A stretch of 64,000 bases of DNA from an uncultured Candidatus Peribacteria bacterium (GTDB lineage: Bacteria; Patescibacteriota; Gracilibacteria; Peribacterales; Peribacteraceae): NCBI GenBank assembly GCA_964534205.1, contig CAZHQF010000004.1, positions 109,436 to 173,435 on the forward strand, read 5' to 3'. A model generated the notes under the pieces. It was not told where the DNA came from. It saw only the letters and a list, made by a program, of their open reading frames with translations, and did not search any database. How positions within the stretch are numbered: the first letter of the stretch is position 1; each line of letters begins with the position of its first letter. The translations under genes and the position numbers were made by a program. Of this stretch, positions 59,375 to 64,000 are shown piece after piece.

Positions 59375-61300
59375 TTACCGCACCGGCAGCTGTCGCAACA
59401 TCTGCTGTGCCGCGGCGTTCTGGGGCTGGAGCCTGAGGACCGCTTCCGCCTGCGCGCGTGCATCACTCGCGCGGCCCGCACGTGCGTAGAGAAGAGCGAG
59501 GTTCAGGCGCGCGGGAACGAACTGCGGCACGGTAGAGAGCAACTGCTCGTACTCACGGATGGCACCTTCCTCATCGCCGTCCTGCGAGAGCGCGAGCGCC
59601 AGGTTGTAGCGTGCCTCGGGGAAGAACGGATTGATGAGCAGACCTTTCCTGCACGCCTCTGCGGCGGCCTTGAGGTCGTTCATCTTCATGTAGGTGACGC
59701 ACATGTTGGTGTACGCCTCCTCGTAGAGAGGATCATCGTTGAGTGCGAGCTGATACTCGGCGATCGCCTCGGCGTACTTCAGTTCATCACTGAGGATCAG
59801 GCCCATGCCGAAGTGTGCATCACGGTTATTGGGGCTCAGTGCGAGTGCACGTTCAAAATCTTTCCGGGCACCTTTGCGGTCACCCATTTTGCGCTTGGTG
59901 GCCCCCAGGTTACTCAGCACTTTGGGGTGCACGCGCACGGCGAGACCCTTCTCATACGCTTCAATTGCTTTGGGCAGATCCCCCTGGATGCGGTAGACGT
60001 TGCCCAGGTTGTTGTACGCCACGTGCGAGGCATCGGGGTACTCCACGATGACGTTTGTGAAGAGCGTTTCGGTATTGGTCCACACGTGTGACTGCGCATA
60101 CGCCTTGATGGACGCAAGGACCAGAATGACCGCCGCGCCGCCGTAGACCACCTCGCGCTTGAGCCTGAGCATGTCCCAGAGCCAGGCAACAACGAGAATG
60201 ACGGCAAGCAAGATGCCAAACGATCCCAGGTACGCGTAGCGGTCGGAGGCGAAGTAGGTATCCAGATCCCCTTTGGAGGAGTTGATGAACGAGGGGCCGG
60301 TGGTGATGAGGAAGAACAGGAAACAGAAGAGCGGCCAACGCGTGCGCTTCCATAGCATCACAGTTACCACTGTGATCGTGATCAAGATCATGAGCGGCAC
60401 GTAAAAATCCGGCGACGCGAGCGTGATCTCCTTTGTGTACGGATAGAGGAGCGAAAGATGCAGCGGCAGCAGGGTCTGCTTGATATAGAAAACCGCACTT
60501 AAAAACGCGACGGTGATTTTGGTGGTGAGTGGTGACGATTCCAGCACTCCCGTTTTTCCGTAGAGGGCGATGATGCCGAAGATGATCGCAACGACGAAAT
60601 ACGGGATTTTATCCGTGAACATCGAGCGGTCGAACCTGCGGCGCTGCAGGACATCGATGAGCAGCAGAATGACGGGCAGCGGGATGATCATCACCTTGGC
60701 GAGGAGCCCGAGCGTGAAGGCGGCCACCCCGCTCCAGTAGAGGAGAGTTGTCTGGCGTTCGCGGCCGTAGAGATAGAGGATCACGGACGCAAAAAAGAAG
60801 AACGCGGAGAGCACGTCTTTGCGCGCGGAGACCCACATGACGGCTTCCGTATGCAGCGGATGCACGGCAAACAGGAGCCCGAGCACGATGCCGATCCAGC
60901 CCTTTTTGGAGAGCAGAAAGGCTATCCAGCCGCACAGGAGCGCATTGAGGGTGTGGAGGATCAGGTTGCCCAGATGGAACGGGAACGGCGATCCCCCGCC
61001 TACCGCGTAATCGAACTGATACGTGAGGAAGGTGAGCGGGATGTAGAGCTCGGGATCGTAGTGGGTGAACACGTACGCAACCGTCTGCGGCGTGATCTGC
61101 CGCACGGCGAGGTTCTCATACACAAGCAGGCCGTCATCCCACCGGACGAAAGGGTTATTGAGCCCCCAGCCGTAGAGCGCAAACGTGGCTGCAAAGAAGC
61201 CCGCGATGATCCAGAGGAGGGTCTTGCGCGGTGGAAGCGATGGTAATGACGCTGACTCGTCCATGGAATGAACTGTAGAGGAGAGGGTGAAAAGGTTCAA
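59375..61300 (-). CDS. GT-C-type membrane protein with C-terminal TPR repeats (TMTC/PMT-like putative protein O-glycosyltransferase)
   Basis: N-terminus FVRWDDGLLVYENLAVR...YIPLTFLTYQFDY...FPFHLGNLILHTLNALL, about 10 TM helices, then about 6 TPR units (AYNNLGNVYRIQGDLPKAIEAYEKGL and others). Confidence 0.75.
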   Translation of the reverse strand: MNLFTLSSTVHSMDESASLPSLPPRKTLLWIIAGFFAATFALYGWGLNNPFVRWDDGLLVYENLAVRQITPQTVAYVFTHYDPELYIPLTFLTYQFDYAVGGGSPFPFHLGNLILHTLNALLCGWIAFLLSKKGWIGIVLGLLFAVHPLHTEAVMWVSARKDVLSAFFFFASVILYLYGRERQTTLLYWSGVAAFTLGLLAKVMIIPLPVILLLIDVLQRRRFDRSMFTDKIPYFVVAIIFGIIALYGKTGVLESSPLTTKITVAFLSAVFYIKQTLLPLHLSLLYPYTKEITLASPDFYVPLMILITITVVTVMLWKRTRWPLFCFLFFLITTGPSFINSSKGDLDTYFASDRYAYLGSFGILLAVILVVAWLWDMLRLKREVVYGGAAVILVLASIKAYAQSHVWTNTETLFTNVIVEYPDASHVAYNNLGNVYRIQGDLPKAIEAYEKGLAVRVHPKVLSNLGATKRKMGDRKGARKDFERALALSPNNRDAHFGMGLILSDELKYAEAIAEYQLALNDDPLYEEAYTNMCVTYMKMNDLKAAAEACRKGLLINPFFPEARYNLALALSQDGDEEGAIREYEQLLSTVPQFVPARLNLALLYARAGRASDARAQAEAVLRLQPQNAAAQQMLRQLPVR

Positions 61301-61479
61301 AAGGGCAAAAATGGGTAAAAGGTGTCCTGACGCTGCCTTTTGTGGGCGTTCTTTTTTGCCCTTTTCTCCCTTTTAACCCTTTTCAACCTTCTCGTTATTC
61401 CGCAAGTCCTCGCATCTTCAACAAACCCCCGATTTCTGCTATCATATCCTGATTTACCAAACACACCCCAACACACATC

Positions 61480-61842
61480 ATGACCATCGAAGCCTGCATC
61501 GCCCACGCCATCCACTCCGACCTCGATGTCCTCGAGGCCCTGCCCGAAGTGGAGCAGCTTCCGGTGGAGGAGCTCGAGACGTACGTCGAGCGCTTTGTGC
61601 TGGATGTGCAGGAGTCGCTGCGCAACATCATCACCCACCGCGGTGAGCGCTTCATCCGCTCGCGCGATGCCGCAGGCCTGTGTGCCACGTGCCTCGAGGC
61701 GGGAGTGAGCCTCCCCCCGGGCATGCTCCTCAGGATGTGCCAGACCATCGTCCAGCTCTCCGAAATGGACGCCAAATTCATCCTGGATACCGAAGACGGC
61801 CGCAGCCTCTATTACATCAAGATGAACGTCACGATGGCGTAA
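61480..61842 (+). CDS. Hypothetical protein
   Basis: 120 aa with strong GC3 bias in this frame. The overlapping minus-strand ORF 61297..61854 is judged spurious. Confidence 0.55.
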   Translation: MTIEACIAHAIHSDLDVLEALPEVEQLPVEELETYVERFVLDVQESLRNIITHRGERFIRSRDAAGLCATCLEAGVSLPPGMLLRMCQTIVQLSEMDAKFILDTEDGRSLYYIKMNVTMA

Positions 61843-62188
61843 ATGTGCATCCACCTGATGTACTACCTGTCATCCTGAGCGAAGTCGAAGGAGGGTTGTT
61901 TGAACCTTTTTTTGGCTCTATAAAGGGAAAATAGTTCCCTGGCGTCCGAAAATATTCAGCACTCGTTGACTGCGAGTGATAGTGTGCTATCCAATGTCCG
62001 ATAGATCGGTATTGGAGTGGTACACCCACATTGATAACGACACTCAGGCAGATGCTCATTAACATAGCCTGATCAAGTGGCGTCCAGAAGAGAGCCTGCG
62101 ACGAGAAACGCGAAAAATCCCGTGTGACGTGTTTCATATTGCCGTCTCAAATCCCGATTCCACTGCACCATTTCCCCCTTCATCCATC

Positions 62189-62353
62189 ATGGATGACATT
62201 GCCCTGCTGCCCGACCCTCGGGTGGCACCAGCATTACGAGAACTAGGTTTCGTCCTGCCGGGGCCCATCAACCTAGACGACATCGATCCTCTTAAGATCG
62301 TTGTCAAAAAGAAGAGGCCAATGCTTCGTCGCTTTGGCCCTTCACACACCTAA
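62189..62353 (+). CDS. Small hypothetical protein (54 aa from MDDIALL; the track ORF starts at 62129)
   Basis: The ORF is followed 7 nt later by a strong terminator hairpin. Confidence 0.35.
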   Translation: MDDIALLPDPRVAPALRELGFVLPGPINLDDIDPLKIVVKKKRPMLRRFGPSHT

Positions 62354-62360
62354 GCGCTGA

Positions 62361-62385
62361 GACCGGCCTAATAGGCCGGTCTTTT
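62361..62385 (+). terminator. Intrinsic terminator
   Basis: Perfect palindrome GACCGGCCTA-A-TAGGCCGGTC followed by TTTT. Confidence 0.75.
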
Positions 62386-62486
62386 GCGATGACGAAAGTA
62401 TTACAAAAGACTGTACTGAAAACAACTTTCACCTCGAGAAATTTTATGTCAAAAGAGGACTGCTCAAACCTCTATTCTGAATAGAT

Positions 62487-62733
62487 TCCTTCTTTCTTTT
62501 CTTGTCTGCCCGACAAGAAAAGAAACAAAAGAAGCGCACCGCCGCCGACCCTCCTCCACCCGGCACCGACTCTCCTCGCCGGACCTTCCAAGGCTTCAGG
62601 CCCGTCTCGTCGAGAGAAACGCGCACTGCGGTGCGCGCGGTGCCTTCCCCTTCACCCCCGGGCGGCGGCGGGGCCCCTCCGCTTCGCATAGATCACACTA
62701 TTCTGTATAGCAAAACAGTGTCCTGAACGAAGG
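62487..62733 (+). repeat. Intergenic element sharing both ends with 601-744 (minus orientation) but carrying a different, larger GC-rich core
   Basis: 5-prime block TTCCTTCTTTCTTTTCTTGTCTGCC. 3-prime block CCCCCGGGCGGCGGCGGGGCCCCTCCGCTTCGCATAGATC, then AAAACAGTGTCCTGAACG. The counterparts are the reverse complements of 722-744, 638-677 and 601-621. Confidence 0.75.
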
Positions 62734-62766
62734 ATGCTCACGTTGTGCGAAGCAATCAGATGAGTG

Positions 62767-62790
62767 CGCGAAAACCGGCTCCGCCGGTTT
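62767..62790 (-). terminator. Intrinsic terminator of the rplM-rpsI transcript
   Basis: The minus strand reads AAACCGGCGGAGCCGGTTTTCG. Confidence 0.65.
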
Positions 62791-62857
62791 GGAGCGCCAC
62801 CTTGCCGGAAGGGAGGGTCCGTGGGAGGGACACCGGAGGTGGCCCTTCCGCGAATGT

Positions 62858-63265
62858 TTAACGCTTGCTGAATTGAGGCGCTCTGCGGGCCCTCTTGAGA
62901 CCCGGCTTCTTGCGCTCTTTGATGCGTGCGTCGCGGCGGAGGAAGCCTGCGCGCTTGAGATCGGGGCGGACCTCCGGCTTGAGGAGAAGCATTACGCGGG
63001 AGAGCCCGTGGCGGACGGCATCGGACTGGGAGGCCTTGCCACCACCGACCACACGGACTTCGACATCGACATCGGACTTGGCCTGTCCGGACACGACGAG
63101 CGGGGACATGGCGTTCTCGATGGCCGTACCGTGGAAGTACTTCTTGATCTCGAGACCGTTCACCGTGAACTCACCGGCACCATCCTGGTACACCTTTACG
63201 CGGGCAATGGCGGTCTTGCGCTTGCCGACGGCTGCGATGTACGGACGCTTGGTCTGGGTGGCCAT
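62858..63265 (-). CDS. rpsI: 30S ribosomal protein S9
   Basis: GKRKTAIARV, GGGKASQSDAVRHGLSR and the C-terminal KKPGLKRARRAPQFSKR. Confidence 0.95.
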   Translation of the reverse strand: MATQTKRPYIAAVGKRKTAIARVKVYQDGAGEFTVNGLEIKKYFHGTAIENAMSPLVVSGQAKSDVDVEVRVVGGGKASQSDAVRHGLSRVMLLLKPEVRPDLKRAGFLRRDARIKERKKPGLKRARRAPQFSKR

Positions 63266-63277
63266 GGGAGTCTGAGG

Positions 63278-63706
63278 TTAGGCGGAGAGGGTGTAAGGCT
63301 TGGGCTTCTGCGGGGCGTAGGGGTGCTTGTCGTCCACAAAGACGTGCAGGCGCTTCATCATCTGGAGGCGCAGGCGGTTGCGCGGGAGCATGCCGTACAC
63401 AGCCTTCTCGATGACCTTCTCCGGGCTCTTCTCCATCATTTTACCGAGGGACGTGAACGAGATGTGACCGAAGTAACCGGTGTGGTCCACGTAGGTCTTG
63501 CGGCCTTTCTTCTCGGGGGTGACGCCAAGTTTGGCGGCGTTGATCACGATCACCTGATCTCCGCACAGCTGGTGCGGGGAGAACGACGGCTTGTGCTTCC
63601 CGCGCAGGAGCATGGAGATCTCTGCAGCCAGACGGCCGAAGGACTGATTCGTGGCATCGATGACGAGCCAAGCGGGAGCCGAAACGGGGACAGTCGTGGT
63701 CTTCAT
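63278..63706 (-). CDS. rplM: 50S ribosomal protein L13
   Basis: WLVIDATNQSFGRLAAEISMLLRGKHKP, VIVINA and GMLPRNRL motifs. Confidence 0.95.
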   Translation of the reverse strand: MKTTTVPVSAPAWLVIDATNQSFGRLAAEISMLLRGKHKPSFSPHQLCGDQVIVINAAKLGVTPEKKGRKTYVDHTGYFGHISFTSLGKMMEKSPEKVIEKAVYGMLPRNRLRLQMMKRLHVFVDDKHPYAPQKPKPYTLSA

Positions 63707-63708
63707 GA

Positions 63709-64000
63709 TCAGGCGGCGGAGGAAACGGGCTCGGCGGACTTTTTCTTTTTGCTCTTCGCCTGCCCTGAGCTCGTCGAAGGGGTCTTCGTCTCCACCGGCT
63801 GCGTTTCTGCATCCACGAGCTCGAACTTCACCATTTCTGCACCGTCACCGTGGCGTGCGCCGAGCGGGACGATGCGGGTGAAACCGGACGGGCGGGAGGC
63901 GTAGCGGACGCTCAGGACCTGGATCAGCTTGCGGCAGGCGTTCTTGTCGAGCACGTACGCGTTGATGGCGCGGATCGTGGCGGCATCCTGCTTTTTCTTG
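63709..64000 (-). CDS. rplQ: 50S ribosomal protein L17, C-terminal part (N-terminus beyond the right edge)
   Basis: The frame is open to the window edge: ..KKQDAATIRAINAYVLDKNACRKLIQVLSVRYASRPSGFTRIVPLGARHGDGAEMVKFELVD, plus a Lys/Ser-rich tail. Confidence 0.9.
   Translation of the reverse strand, partial: KKKQDAATIRAINAYVLDKNACRKLIQVLSVRYASRPSGFTRIVPLGARHGDGAEMVKFELVDAETQPVETKTPSTSSGQAKSKKKKSAEPVSSAA

Noticed and set aside
61829-62137. Minus-strand 102-aa ORF (MKHVTRDFSRF...) in a lower-GC patch.
   Set aside because: Its 3-prime half reads through two intergenic repeat elements (61869-61895 and 61907-61950) and overlaps the end of the 61480..61842 gene. There is no motif support. A shorter real peptide cannot be excluded.
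62444-62726. ORFs 62444..62689 (-) and 62502..62726 (+) across the rpsI-downstream gap.
   Set aside because: Their translations are Pro/Gly/Arg low-complexity with no start context. The region is better explained as a structured non-coding repeat. The homologous copy at 601-744 does not conserve either frame.

Overview
High-GC bacterial chromosome segment (roughly 55-65% GC by eye). Housekeeping genes sit at both ends: ligA and pilT on the left; purC, rpe, rpiB, tpiA, dprA, tRNA-Thr and rpsI-rplM-rplQ on the right. Between them lies an accessory block of about 39 kb (approx 6.6-45.9 kb), entirely on the minus strand. About half of the window (approx 31 kb) is taken up by giant repetitive genes. 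One is a 4503-aa ORF. The other two are ORFs of 2710 and 2998 aa that I read as a single ~5700-aa gene split by a 1-nt deletion at about 37875. All three encode membrane-anchored, Cys-pair- and N-x-S/T-rich concatenations of phage-tail-fibre-like modules. They share N-terminal and C-terminal modules, and two of them share a ~0.96 kb near-identical cassette. Their neighbours are a GT2 plus GT-C (PMT/ArnT-like) glycosyltransferase pair, a small membrane-anchored protein, and a 1458-aa FG-GAP protein. The low-GC C-terminal part of that FG-GAP protein carries a CHAP-like Cys-His peptidase domain, and its stop overlaps (ATGA) the start of a lipoprotein gene, a toxin/immunity-like arrangement. A low-GC mosaic (approx 3.4-9.0 kb) also holds a SET-domain methyltransferase, an EamA half-transporter, and two proteins with paralogous Cache-like sensor domains (a TrmB-HTH membrane protein and an orphan histidine kinase). 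Several small intergenic repeat/hairpin families recur, and a GC-rich multi-helix candidate RNA lies at 62.5-62.7 kb. Gene content and order (contiguous rplQ-rplM-rpsI, PilT plus DprA, giant surface proteins) suggest a Patescibacteria/CPR-like organism, but this is a low-confidence inference. No CRISPR array, rRNA, intact transposase or prophage core genes were seen.
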